The translations under genes and the position numbers were made by a program. DNA of 64,000 nt from Candidatus Latescibacterota bacterium (GTDB taxonomy: Bacteria; Latescibacterota; UBA2968; UBA8231). The notes beneath the pieces are model-generated. The model was not told the origin of the DNA, searched no databases, and worked only from the letters and a program-made list of their open reading frames with translations. The DNA is taken from positions 288,001 to 352,000 of the forward strand of contig CBDAOB010000005.1 of the NCBI GenBank assembly GCA_965197905.1, written 5' to 3'. Shown here piece by piece: positions 51,780 to 62,109 of the stretch (the first letter of the stretch is position 1; every line of letters begins with the position of its first letter).

Positions 51780-52448
51780 ATGTGCGGCCGTATTTCACTC
51801 AGACAAAACACGGTCGACCTCCCTCAACTGCGTTCCCTGCAGCTGGAGTTGTGTTACAACGTACCACCCACGGCCATGGTACCGATTCTCCGCGTCCGCC
51901 ACGATGAGAAGGAATACGCAGCGGCTAAGTGGGGTTTGATTCCGTTCTGGGCTAAGGATCACAAGATCGGCTACAAGACCATCAACGCCCGTGCGGAAAC
52001 GGTGGGCGAGAAGCCGGCGTTCAAGGAGGCTTTCAATCGTCGGCGTTGCTTCGTGGTGGCGGACGGCTACTACGAGTGGAAGCGGGAAGGGAAGGCGAAG
52101 CAACCTTTCCACATCCGCCGCGCCGACGATCAACCGTTCTTCTTCTTTGGATTGTGGGAGAGTTGGCGTGGACCGAAGGAAGAGAGGTTCGAGGAGTCCC
52201 TGCATACATGCACCATCATCACCACATCCGCCAACGAACTCACGGCGCCGATCCATGACCGCATGCCGGTGGTGTGCGACATGGACGCCGAGTGCGTCGA
52301 GCCCTGGCTGGATCCGGAATTCGAAGACTTCAACTACTTGGAATCGCTACTGGGGCCCTACGAGGGGGACGACCTGGTGACCGTGCCGGTGAGCAGCTTC
52401 GTCAATAACGCGGCAAACGACGGCCCGGAGTGTGTGCAGCCAGTCTGA
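51780..52448 (+). CDS. SOS response-associated peptidase (SRAP/YedK/HMCES family)
   Basis: N-terminal MCGR, WGLIPFW, INARAET, GYYEW, IHDRMP. Confidence 0.95.
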   Translation: MCGRISLRQNTVDLPQLRSLQLELCYNVPPTAMVPILRVRHDEKEYAAAKWGLIPFWAKDHKIGYKTINARAETVGEKPAFKEAFNRRRCFVVADGYYEWKREGKAKQPFHIRRADDQPFFFFGLWESWRGPKEERFEESLHTCTIITTSANELTAPIHDRMPVVCDMDAECVEPWLDPEFEDFNYLESLLGPYEGDDLVTVPVSSFVNNAANDGPECVQPV

Positions 52449-52489
52449 TGTATAGAAGGTCACATTAGTCGTGTCCGAGTGAGCTCGCG

Positions 52490-53110
52490 TTGACGAAACC
52501 TCAAGGCCGGATGCTGCCTGTCCTCTCCCCGCTTCCCTTGATTCAACAAGCCTCGCCTTTCAGCGATTCCGACTGGCTGTTCGAGGTCAAATACGATGGC
52601 TGGCGGAGCCTCGCCTACATCGAAGACGGTAAATGCCGGTTGGTGTCACGCAACGGCAACACCTTCCAGCGGTTCAGGCAAGTCTCGAAAGCTCTATGCG
52701 ACTTACGGTGCGAAGCGATCCTGGACGGAGAAATTGCCTGCGTTGACGACACTGGCCTACCACAATTCAACGATCTGATGTTCGGGAGTGCGCCGGCGCG
52801 CTTCTTTGCGTTCGACGTACTGTTTCTCGACGGCGAGGACCTTCGAGACCAGCCTTGCGTCGAACGGAAAAAGATACTACAGGAACGGGTCAACGGCGAC
52901 ATCCAGCGACTGCATTACGTGGAGCATATCGCCGAATTAGGAGAGCAGTTGTTCGATCAGATCTGCGAGCGGGATATGGAGGGCATCGTGGCGAAGCCCA
53001 AGGATAGTCCGTACCGGGAGATTCGTGGGAAAACTCCGTGGAGAAAGATCAAGAACCCGGACTATTCGCAGGTCGAAGGCAGGGGAGAGCTATTTCAGCA
53101 AGATCGCTGA
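52490..53110 (+). CDS. ATP-dependent DNA ligase, adenylation domain only
   Basis: EVKYDGWR, LDGE, FAFDVL, EGIVAK, WRKIK. Confidence 0.88.
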   Translation: MTKPQGRMLPVLSPLPLIQQASPFSDSDWLFEVKYDGWRSLAYIEDGKCRLVSRNGNTFQRFRQVSKALCDLRCEAILDGEIACVDDTGLPQFNDLMFGSAPARFFAFDVLFLDGEDLRDQPCVERKKILQERVNGDIQRLHYVEHIAELGEQLFDQICERDMEGIVAKPKDSPYREIRGKTPWRKIKNPDYSQVEGRGELFQQDR

Positions 53111-53332
53111 GACGGGCGGGTTGTGGGAAATGTTTGATGCTGGGACGCACCTAACGAAGTCCGATCCGACAACGACTTCCCACCCATTGCTCAGCGCGAT
53201 CAGGTTGGCGATCGTCTCCAGGCCGTTGCCTAGGGCGCTTCCAAACGCGATCGAGAATAGGTCAGACCGGATCTCAACCTCTTGGGCGCCACTGGCAAAT
53301 TCGGTGCGGATCTCTTGTATCAATTCATGCAC
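53090..53332 (-). CDS. Possible small hypothetical protein
   Basis: 80-aa ORF convergent with the ligase. Confidence 0.35.
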   Translation of the reverse strand: MHELIQEIRTEFASGAQEVEIRSDLFSIAFGSALGNGLETIANLIALSNGWEVVVGSDFVRCVPASNISHNPPVSAILLK

Positions 53333-53598
53333 GCATGCAAGTTACGGCGTGGAAGTGGAATATTCCAAAGTAATTCTTCGAGATTGTTGTCGATTACCTA
53401 TTGTTTTTTGTCCAAAAAGTCTACTCAGAAAGTCGACGAGCTGCGTATCACCATCCGGGAAATGATGGCCAAGACTATGAAAGACGTTGACTTTCGAGGA
53501 GAATGCGCCGAAGACGGAACACACGCGGCCGGCTCCAAGATTAGACACCTCAACACTCCGACTTCGAACCGCACAGCAACGGAAGGAGTAGTACGCCA

Positions 53599-55218
53599 AT
53601 GACTCATTCAGCTACACATGTCGGATGGAAAGCCGTAAGCAAGACGGGCGCGGTCGCCGCGGGCGGCGCGCGGGCGGTGGAGGCGGGGATCGACATTCTG
53701 GAGAGAGGTGGTAATGCGGCCGACTCGGCGGCAGCCACGATTCTGGCCCTGCAGATAACTGATCATGGCGCCTGCTGCATTGGCGGAGAGGTGCCCGTGT
53801 TGATCTACGATTCGGGGAATCGGGAGGTGAAGTCGCTCAGCGGCATGGGTCGGGCGCCGTTGTCTCAGGATGCGATCGACTGGTACATGGCGAACGGGAT
53901 TCCCGGCGACGGAGATATCAAGATGGCGCCGGTGCCATCGGTCGTTGATCTGTGCACGACTTTGCTGCAGCGCTATGGCACAAAGAGCTTTGAGGAGGTG
54001 GTTGGGGCGACGCTGGTGTTGCTGGACGAGGGTGGGGAGGACTGGCACCCCAATCTGGCCAAGACGCTGCGGCGTATGGTCGAGTCGGAGCAGCAGACCG
54101 GTGGCAGCCGCGAGGAGAAGCTGCAGGCGGCCAGCGACCGGTTCTATGGGCGCGACGGCGCGATCGGTGACGTCGCCGATGAGATCGAGGCCTTCTGGAT
54201 AGAGCGGGGTGGTTTTCTGCGCCGGGCAGACCTCGCTGCCCACGAGACACTGATCGAGGACCCGGTATCGGCTGACTACCGCGGGTATCAAGTGTATAAA
54301 TGCGGGCCGTGGACGCAGGGACCGTATCTGTGCCAGGCGTTGCGTTTGCTGGAGGGTTTCGACGTGAAGGGGATGGGGCAGTTCTCGGCGGACCACTTCC
54401 ACGTCATGGCCGAGGCGCTCAAGCTGGCCATGGCCGATCGCGATGCCTATTACGGCGATCCTAACTTCGTCGATGTGCCACTGGCAGCGTTGTTGTCGGA
54501 TGCCTACACCCAGATCCGCCGGCCACTCATCGACTTGGCGAAGGCCTCAATGGAGGCGCGCCCCGGCGATCCGTTGGCGATGAGGGCGCTAAGGGAAGGA
54601 GAGGCTGTCTTCAGGCCGGGGAGCGGCGGCACAACGACCTGTGTGGTCGCCGACCGCTGGGGCAACGTGGTCTCGGCGACACCAAGTGCGAATGTTGCCC
54701 CCAAGGGGGGTGCCCAGGCCGGTGTAACCTATGGCAATCGTCTGCGCAGTCTCAATACGACCCCTGGGCACCCCAACTGCATCGCGGCCGGCAAGCGTCC
54801 CCGCATCACGCTCACGCCAACGCTGGTGCTGAAAGACAATCGACCGGTTCTGGCCATCAGCGTCGCAGGCGCCGACCGCCAGGACCAAGCGGCGCTGAAC
54901 CTGATTTTGGACCACATCGATTTCGGCATGCAGCCTGAGCAGGCGGTGACAGCGCCGCGCTTCGCCACGACTCACCACGAGGACTCGTTCGATCCCAATC
55001 CGAACCGGCAGGAGACGTTCGGTGAGGTGGGGTCGCTGAACATCAACAGTGTCGACGCGGGGATTCGAAAGGAGTTGGCCAAGCGGGGACATAAGGTCGT
55101 GGCTGTGGAAGGCGCGATCGCCACGCCAGTGATGCTGCATATCGACCATGAGAGCGGTCTGATTTCGGCTGCCGGCGACCCGGCAGCGCGACGGCATGCG
55201 GCGGGGTTGTGCGGGTGA
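53599..55218 (+). CDS. Gamma-glutamyltransferase family protein
   Basis: GGNAADSA, ADRDAYYGDP, GTTTCVVADRWGN, GKRPRITLTP. Confidence 0.92.
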   Translation: MTHSATHVGWKAVSKTGAVAAGGARAVEAGIDILERGGNAADSAAATILALQITDHGACCIGGEVPVLIYDSGNREVKSLSGMGRAPLSQDAIDWYMANGIPGDGDIKMAPVPSVVDLCTTLLQRYGTKSFEEVVGATLVLLDEGGEDWHPNLAKTLRRMVESEQQTGGSREEKLQAASDRFYGRDGAIGDVADEIEAFWIERGGFLRRADLAAHETLIEDPVSADYRGYQVYKCGPWTQGPYLCQALRLLEGFDVKGMGQFSADHFHVMAEALKLAMADRDAYYGDPNFVDVPLAALLSDAYTQIRRPLIDLAKASMEARPGDPLAMRALREGEAVFRPGSGGTTTCVVADRWGNVVSATPSANVAPKGGAQAGVTYGNRLRSLNTTPGHPNCIAAGKRPRITLTPTLVLKDNRPVLAISVAGADRQDQAALNLILDHIDFGMQPEQAVTAPRFATTHHEDSFDPNPNRQETFGEVGSLNINSVDAGIRKELAKRGHKVVAVEGAIATPVMLHIDHESGLISAAGDPAARRHAAGLCG

Positions 55219-55465
55219 TATTTTGGAGAGCGGCGACTACCGTAGCCGGCCATGAGCATCTTGCGCATTCAGTGAAATCGGCCACTTGTTCCGCGTTGCC
55301 AGAGCTTCCTCAAGCGGTTTCTTCTTTGACTTTTTGACCATGGCAGATCCACTGGTATCAGATGCGACACCGACGCGGCTGTGCGTTTGCAGGCTGCTCT
55401 AAAATATACTAAGTACCTCTGAACTGTACTAACCCGCCGGTTGGGCATGTAAGAGGAATGCAGTC

Positions 55466-56359
55466 ATGACAGATCAAGAAATCAAGGAATCCTACGAGCG
55501 TGATGGCTACGTCGTGGTCAGAGACCTCATCGATTCCGGCGATTTAGATCCCATCCGCGACTTCATCAAGGCCCGGGTCGATGACTATGCCCGCGAGCAA
55601 CACGCCCAGGGCAAGCTCTCGTCGCTCTATGAGGACGCGTCTTTCGAGCGCCGCTATGCCGCAATTTGCGAGGAACAGGAAATTTCGCCGCGCAACTGGA
55701 GTTTCGGCTCCTTTGGCCGCGAATTTTACCGCCTCTACAACCTCTCGGGTATCCGTCACGTCATCAGTCTCATCCTGGGCCCTGAAGTTTCGAATCTCGG
55801 CGTTGCAGCCTTGAGGACAAAGCTTCCCGGAAGCGTGGTAACCTCGTTTCCCTGGCATCAGGACAGCCAGTACATCGACCAGTCCACGATTGGACAAATG
55901 GAACGGCACACAGAGCATCTGCAGATGATCACGGTGTGGGTGCCTCTGGTCGAGGCTACCGTCGAAAACGGCTGTTGCTGGGTGATTCCAGGTAGCTACC
56001 GTTGGGGTTTGTTGGACGGAGCTCGGGGTGAAGATTCAAACATTCGGATGGAGGAAGACGCTGAAGCCCGCGGCACTCCGGTCCCGGTTCCTCTCAAGCC
56101 AGGAGGCGCCCTGTTCATGTCGAACCTCTGCGTACACACAAGCAAACCCAACGCCACCCAGGAATGCCGCTGGAGCATCGACTTCCGCTACTTTCCCACA
56201 CCGGACCGGGCGGCCCTGACCCCCGAGCAACGCAAGGGGGCGGAATTCGTGCAAAGCAGGTGTATGCAGAGCTTCTCGGCTCCGCTCATCGTTCTCAGCG
56301 AAGGGCACAAACCCACCTGGGAAGAGTGGGAAGCCGAGGTTCTCAAGCAGACGACGTAA
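55466..56359 (+). CDS. Phytanoyl-CoA dioxygenase family protein
   Basis: WHQD, ENGC, HTS, RWSIDFRY. Confidence 0.92.
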   Translation: MTDQEIKESYERDGYVVVRDLIDSGDLDPIRDFIKARVDDYAREQHAQGKLSSLYEDASFERRYAAICEEQEISPRNWSFGSFGREFYRLYNLSGIRHVISLILGPEVSNLGVAALRTKLPGSVVTSFPWHQDSQYIDQSTIGQMERHTEHLQMITVWVPLVEATVENGCCWVIPGSYRWGLLDGARGEDSNIRMEEDAEARGTPVPVPLKPGGALFMSNLCVHTSKPNATQECRWSIDFRYFPTPDRAALTPEQRKGAEFVQSRCMQSFSAPLIVLSEGHKPTWEEWEAEVLKQTT

Positions 56360-56524
56360 TAGAATGATTACAAGTTTCGACTACTTTTTCGGCGGACACA
56401 TAGAAAATGCGACAACTCGGGTTCGCCGGCATCCCCATCTCCGCCGAGTGTGCTGCGCCAGGAGATCGAGACATTTGGCCTAGAAGTAATGCCGAAATTT
56501 CCCGCTGCCAGGAGGTGATCGACA

Positions 56525-57322
56525 ATGACGGAACGATGCCGGATCAACAAAACGAAATCCTCCCTTTTGCGGGGGGAAACTGTGCTCATCGCCGAGGTCA
56601 ACCGGATGTTCAATCCCGTGGTGACGGAGGTGATCGCCCAGGCGGGTTTTACGAGCGTATGGTATGACATGGAGCACAGCCACCTCGACGTCGACACCCT
56701 GTCGACGATGATACTGGCAGCCCGCACCGTAGACGTGGAGGTCTTCGTCCGCATCCCTCACGGTCCCTACAACACTGTCATCAAACCTCTGGAGATGGGG
56801 GCGGCAGGCCTGATATGGCCCCATTGCAGAAGCGTAGACGAAGCCAAGGAGTTCGTGCGCATGGCGAAATTCCGGCCTTTGGGCTTGCGCGGCGTGGGTG
56901 GCGGCAGAGACAGCGGCTACGGCACGGTTGAGCTGGCAGAATATCTCGACCGCGCCAATGCCGAGACGCTGCTGGGGGTCATGATCGAAGACGCTGAAGG
57001 AGTAGAGGAGGTGGATGAAATTGCTGCCCTGGACGGGATCGACCTGCTGTTTGTGGGGCACGGAGACCTGGCTCACAGTTACGGTGTCGAGCGCGATGGA
57101 GGTCATGCTATCATGCAGCCCCGAGTTCTCGAGGCTTTCGACCGGGTCGGCGCAGCGTGCCGCAGGCACGGCAAGGTCATGGGAACGGCCGCCGGCCCCG
57201 GTGAACAGATGACTCAGGTGGTAGAGAGGGGAGCTCGCTGGCTCAACTGCTGTCACGACACCGAGGCGGTCAGGAACGGTTACAGCCAAGCTCGCAATGA
57301 AGCTGAGGCGCTCGTCGGCTAG
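56525..57322 (+). CDS. HpcH/HpaI aldolase family protein
   Basis: DMEH, PLGLRG, MIED, FVGHGDL. Confidence 0.92.
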   Translation: MTERCRINKTKSSLLRGETVLIAEVNRMFNPVVTEVIAQAGFTSVWYDMEHSHLDVDTLSTMILAARTVDVEVFVRIPHGPYNTVIKPLEMGAAGLIWPHCRSVDEAKEFVRMAKFRPLGLRGVGGGRDSGYGTVELAEYLDRANAETLLGVMIEDAEGVEEVDEIAALDGIDLLFVGHGDLAHSYGVERDGGHAIMQPRVLEAFDRVGAACRRHGKVMGTAAGPGEQMTQVVERGARWLNCCHDTEAVRNGYSQARNEAEALVG

Positions 57323-57498
57323 CTGGCACGCCGTTTGATCGAGCTCGTCACCGAAGAGAAGCCCGATTTTGTCATCAATGGCGGCGATCACAGCAACGGT
57401 GCGGTGAACCGCGCGTCAAGCCGCCTGGATGACGGACACTGGGAAAACACCCCTTACTGGAATCCGCAACCCACAAGAGTGCGACAGAAGGAGTCCTC

Positions 57499-58680
57499 AT
57501 GACACGTTCTACGCCCAAGCTTACAGATCTACGTCACATAAAGGTATGCTACAGCAAGGAAACCTACTGCGGTCATATTAGTCAGGGTGGCATCTACAAT
57601 TTCGGCAATGGAGAGATTGCCATGATTCACACGCACGCCCCCTGCACGTATGACACCTCTGATTCGGTCAACCACGGAGTCTATGGCAAACCCGGTGTGC
57701 ATTTGCTGCAGCGCTCGCTCGACCATGGCGACACCTGGAGCCGTGACCACGACGTGGTGGTATGGGACAATGCGACCCCGCACGGGGAAAAGGTGGCAAT
57801 CCATCAGAAGGCCGAGGAGCCCGGGGTCGAGCGTGAGAGTATCGACCTGAGCAGTCCCGACACGGCTATCTGGTTCCAGCGCTTTGGGACCGAGGGCAAG
57901 AAGGACGCCCGTGGCAATCAGATGCACGAGTGTTACGCCTTTCGCTCCGCAGACCGGGGCCACACATGGGAGCAGGTGCCCACCCGCCTGAAGCCACCGC
58001 ATGGGTATGATTACCCGCTGGTTGACGGGTATCCGCCTGTCCGTTTCCCCGATGGCACCTTCGCCGTAGCGGTCGATATGGACCAGTATCATGTGGCTGT
58101 ATACGGCACCGATGACCACGGGCTCCACTGGCGCTACCTGGCACTGGTGGCTAGTGATCCTGACGAATGGGGGCGGATGTGTTATCCGCGTATGCTGCGG
58201 TTACCGGGAGGGAGGTTACAGTGCTACATGCTCAACCTGGCGGGCCGGCGCAACAATGTCATTGTGATGAGCTACTCTGACGACGGCGGTTTCAGCTGGA
58301 GCACGCCCAAATCGATCGTGGCGTGGGGGCAGTCGCCGTGGGCGCAGCTGAGCCGGGAGCATGTCTGCTCCGGTGCGATCCCGGGGCCGCCTTATCGCTC
58401 GCCCTGGCCGCTGCAGCTGCGTGATGGGCGCATCGCGGTGATTTTCGGCCGGAGAGTAGCACCCTACGGAATGGGGGTGATCGTGAGCGAGGACGAGGGA
58501 GCGACCTGGTCGGCGGAGGCGGTGATTCGGGCCGATGCCAGCGACTGGGACCTGGCTTATCCCGTGGCTACCCAGCTCGATGACGGGCGGATCTTTACGG
58601 CCTACTACTACATGCAGAATGACGGCAACAATCACGGTGGAACGCGTTTTATCGCGGGCAGCTCCTTCGGGCTGGATTAG
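57499..58680 (+). CDS. Sialidase/BNR-repeat protein
   Basis: Asp-boxes SLDHGDTW, SADRGHTW, SDDGGFSW, SEDEGATW; DLAYP. Confidence 0.88.
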   Translation: MTRSTPKLTDLRHIKVCYSKETYCGHISQGGIYNFGNGEIAMIHTHAPCTYDTSDSVNHGVYGKPGVHLLQRSLDHGDTWSRDHDVVVWDNATPHGEKVAIHQKAEEPGVERESIDLSSPDTAIWFQRFGTEGKKDARGNQMHECYAFRSADRGHTWEQVPTRLKPPHGYDYPLVDGYPPVRFPDGTFAVAVDMDQYHVAVYGTDDHGLHWRYLALVASDPDEWGRMCYPRMLRLPGGRLQCYMLNLAGRRNNVIVMSYSDDGGFSWSTPKSIVAWGQSPWAQLSREHVCSGAIPGPPYRSPWPLQLRDGRIAVIFGRRVAPYGMGVIVSEDEGATWSAEAVIRADASDWDLAYPVATQLDDGRIFTAYYYMQNDGNNHGGTRFIAGSSFGLD

Positions 58681-58733
58681 CCACAGGGGCTCACCTTGAT
58701 CTACTCCAATACGTCGCTACGAAGGCGAATCTC

Positions 58734-59777
58734 ATGATTGTCAAGAAAGCCGATGAGCTTCGCGACTTGGTCAGGAAGATATTCCTGGCAGCGGGCGCAG
58801 ACGAGCCAAACGCGAATGTCGTCGCCGAGCATCTGGTGCTGGCAAACCTGAGCGGCGTCGACACTCACGGGGTCATACATGTGCCGATGTATGTGGATAA
58901 CGTCCGCAAAGAGCAGATTGTGCCCACGGCTTGGCCGGAAATAATCGGCGAGAGCCCGCCGAGTGTGCGCGTCTCCGGCAACTGGACCTTCGGGCAGGTC
59001 GCGGCGAAGTACACGATGGAGGTGGTGATCCAGAAGGCTAAGGAGCAGGGTATTGCCGTCGGCGGACTCGTGGAGTCGAACCACATCGGACGGTTGGGTC
59101 ATTTTGTAGAGATGGCCACACCCCAGGGTTTGATCGCCATGGTGTGGGGGGGCGGGTACGGCGCGGAAACTCCGGTCGCCGTGCCCTTCGGCGGGAAGGA
59201 ACGAGTCCTGTCTACGAATCCGCTGGCGTTTGGATTTCCCACAAGCGACGGGAACCGAATGATGTTCGACTTCGCAACCACAGCGCTTTCTGGAGTGAAG
59301 GTGCGGAACGCCCAGCGAAGGAACGATTCCCTGCCGCCCGGCTCTATCGTGGACAAGGACGGGAATCCGAGCACCGACCCGAAGGATTTCGAAAACGGCG
59401 GCGCGCTGCCCTTCGGCGGCCACAAGGGATATGGCCTGATGATGGCGGCGGAGTTTCTGGGCCGCATCTTCACCGGCGCGGACGACCATGCGGATCCGAA
59501 CCGAGGCGGACCGATCTTCAGGCGCCAGGGGGTCACGATGATCGCTTTCAAGGCGGATCAATTCCAAACCATGGCAAACTATTCGAACCGGGCCGAGGAG
59601 ATGGTGAACCGGGTGAGGGAGGTCCCGCCGGCGCCCGGTTTCGAGGCGGTGCTCGCGCCGGGGGATCCCGAAGCGATGACGCGGGCGCTTCGAGAGCAAG
59701 AGGGGATTCCAATCGACGAGGATATCTGGCAGACCATTTCAGAGACTGCAGAATCGCTGAGTGTTGATCTAGACTGA
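58734..59777 (+). CDS. Ldh_2 family oxidoreductase
   Basis: GVDTHG, NHIGRLG, STNPLAFG, DFATT, GGHKGYGL. Confidence 0.93.
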   Translation: MIVKKADELRDLVRKIFLAAGADEPNANVVAEHLVLANLSGVDTHGVIHVPMYVDNVRKEQIVPTAWPEIIGESPPSVRVSGNWTFGQVAAKYTMEVVIQKAKEQGIAVGGLVESNHIGRLGHFVEMATPQGLIAMVWGGGYGAETPVAVPFGGKERVLSTNPLAFGFPTSDGNRMMFDFATTALSGVKVRNAQRRNDSLPPGSIVDKDGNPSTDPKDFENGGALPFGGHKGYGLMMAAEFLGRIFTGADDHADPNRGGPIFRRQGVTMIAFKADQFQTMANYSNRAEEMVNRVREVPPAPGFEAVLAPGDPEAMTRALREQEGIPIDEDIWQTISETAESLSVDLD

Positions 59778-59814
59778 GTTATTGCACGTTCGTCAGCCAC
59801 CTGGCGACGCACGC

Positions 59815-60417
59815 TCATTCCACGTCGAAAAACTGCCACCAGATCCGCTCGTCACCGGTGGCCTGCCATCGGCGAAACTGGGCTCCAGACAGTTTCACCC
59901 GCTTGTGGTCGTCGCTCAGCCACATCCAGATGCGGATAGTGAACTCGACTGCAGCAACGGGCCAGCCCGCAAACAGGGTCTCGACTTTGGCGCGATCACT
60001 TTCGTCAAAAGCCTCCATGGTGGCGTTGACGCTTTCTGTCACCCTCTCTCGATGGACGGGAACGGTACCCTGTTGTCGACGCAGGGCCGCAGCCATTACC
60101 GCCTTAGGTGCGTCTGCCGCCCGCTTGCCTTCTTCTTCTCCCGCCTGAGTCAGAATGAAGTTGCGGTGGAAGCGAACCCGATTGTCCGGAGACCGTTCCT
60201 CCCGGCCGGTGAACAGATCGACGGCATAGACCGCCGCCAACTCCTTGGCGATGAAGGCAGCACTCGGCACTGAGAACTGTCCCATGTATTCCATGAGGTG
60301 AGTGCGTTCGTCAGAGCTCAACTCCTCCAGCACCTGGTCGGCGCTGCGCCGGAATAGCTTTCTTCCACTCCCCATCCTCGGTCGACTGCTCGAGGTATTC
60401 AGCCAGGGCGGCTTCAT
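59815..60417 (-). CDS. Hypothetical protein
   Basis: 200-aa ORF downstream of the GH-like gene. Confidence 0.55.
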   Translation of the reverse strand: MKPPWLNTSSSRPRMGSGRKLFRRSADQVLEELSSDERTHLMEYMGQFSVPSAAFIAKELAAVYAVDLFTGREERSPDNRVRFHRNFILTQAGEEEGKRAADAPKAVMAAALRRQQGTVPVHRERVTESVNATMEAFDESDRAKVETLFAGWPVAAVEFTIRIWMWLSDDHKRVKLSGAQFRRWQATGDERIWWQFFDVE

Positions 60418-60447
60418 ATATTTCGTTGCTCATTTCGATCTGCCCGG

Positions 60448-61836
60448 CTATTCGGTCCAGTAGGAGTAGAATCGGCACTGCCGCGCCCGGAAGCGCAGCG
60501 CCACGGAACGCCCCTCAAGGCTTTCCCATGAGCTGCTCTGCCAGCTGAATTCGCCGCGGATCGAATCCCCACTAAGAGGTGCGGCTACGGCCAGCGCCGA
60601 CCCACTCTCGTCTACCACTTCGACTCCCAACTCACCGTCGGGCGCATCGATGTTGACGCATAGACGCCGTCCGCTCGCTTGGAAGGATTGGGTAACCAGA
60701 AGGCCCTCGTCCGTGCCAGCGTCCAGCGAGATGAAGCCGTCTCGCCGCAGCACCGCCAGACAGATGGCGGACCCGTCGGGATCCTTCTTGAAACCCGGCG
60801 GAAAATCATCCCGGTACTTCAACCCGCTGTAGTAAAACCAGAGCTCCTCGCCTTTCACGAGCGGCGTCGAAGGTCCGATGATCTGGGTCAGATCGTAGGC
60901 GCCCGATTCGGTGGGGCTGGGTCCAATGAAAGGTTGCCGGTGGCCCAACCGCTGCCAATGCCTAAGGTCTCGACTGCACACCAGCTGTACGAGGTGGAAC
61001 CCTGCCCGGTTGCGGCCGTCGGCACTGGGAGCCACAGCGTGGAACATGGCCGGCGTGCCGATGTAGAGCCCCTCATAGGCAAAGGCGCCCATGTTGTAGA
61101 CGTCCACATTGTAGGCCGCCGGTTCATCGGCGTATCGCGGCAGCAGCGCCTGGTTCGCGAAGCGTTCGCGAATGTGCTCTTGTCCCAGCAACTGATCTGC
61201 ATCGTCGGCGTGGAAGACCAGCTGCGGTTCGCTCCAGACGGCGAAGTCGGCACTGGTGCAAAGCCAGACGGAGCGGCCGTACGGACCGCGCAGCTTGAAG
61301 GTCAGGATGAATTGATGTCGTCCGGCGTCAAAGGAAATATTGTACTCGTCAGAGGTCTGGATCGCCGGCGGCTCCATCATCTGCCAGCCCGATCCGTCCG
61401 GAGACGAGGCAAAACCCACATTGGGCAACGCCGTCTTGAACGGCCGTTCCGGGTCGGCCGGGTCGCGGACCACGAGCTGGATTCCGCGCGGTCCGGCGTC
61501 GGTCTCCACCTGACAGCGCTGCCTTTCTTGCTCGCCATCGTAGGGACAGACCCAGTGCAGGCCGTCTTCGCTCTCCCAGTATGAATGTCCGCTGCCGATG
61601 AGCCAGAGCTTGTAGACATTCTCGACCGGATCCCAGATGGGGGCGTTGCGGGTCTGCAGGTCTCCACCCAACCTGCCATTGTCTTCAGGTCGGATCACCG
61701 CTCCCTTCTTGTCAGGCCGGTGCATCGTACGCACCAGATGCTCCATCTGCGCCACGCCACAGTCGTCGACAAAGAGTTGGCGCTCGCCGACAGGTACGGA
61801 AAAGGTGTCCTGTTTACTCCTGACCGGATTTTCCAT
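60448..61836 (-). CDS. Five-bladed beta-propeller glycosidase-like (GH32/43 clan) protein
   Basis: RQLFVDD, ESEDGLHW, QLVCSRD, LRRDGFISLDA. Confidence 0.75.
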   Translation of the reverse strand: MENPVRSKQDTFSVPVGERQLFVDDCGVAQMEHLVRTMHRPDKKGAVIRPEDNGRLGGDLQTRNAPIWDPVENVYKLWLIGSGHSYWESEDGLHWVCPYDGEQERQRCQVETDAGPRGIQLVVRDPADPERPFKTALPNVGFASSPDGSGWQMMEPPAIQTSDEYNISFDAGRHQFILTFKLRGPYGRSVWLCTSADFAVWSEPQLVFHADDADQLLGQEHIRERFANQALLPRYADEPAAYNVDVYNMGAFAYEGLYIGTPAMFHAVAPSADGRNRAGFHLVQLVCSRDLRHWQRLGHRQPFIGPSPTESGAYDLTQIIGPSTPLVKGEELWFYYSGLKYRDDFPPGFKKDPDGSAICLAVLRRDGFISLDAGTDEGLLVTQSFQASGRRLCVNIDAPDGELGVEVVDESGSALAVAAPLSGDSIRGEFSWQSSSWESLEGRSVALRFRARQCRFYSYWTE

Positions 61837-62109
61837 GACCCCATTCTCTCAATAAAGGGAGTCTCCGGCAACCCCGGGGCATTCCGCTGCGACTTCGTTC
61901 TGCGTCCTCAATTTGCGTTGACACGCCTGTGACCCGTTTTTCGAGCGAATTGCTTGGCAATTCGATCTGTGGCGGCAGCTGGCTGGCCTACTGGTTCTGC
62001 GCCAAGGAACAGGACGAACCGATCGAGGAGTCCAGATCGTGCGCCATATCGCCGGCACATTCTTCAAGTCGGATTGACGCGAACTTAGGACTTAGTAAGG
62101 ATTACCCAC

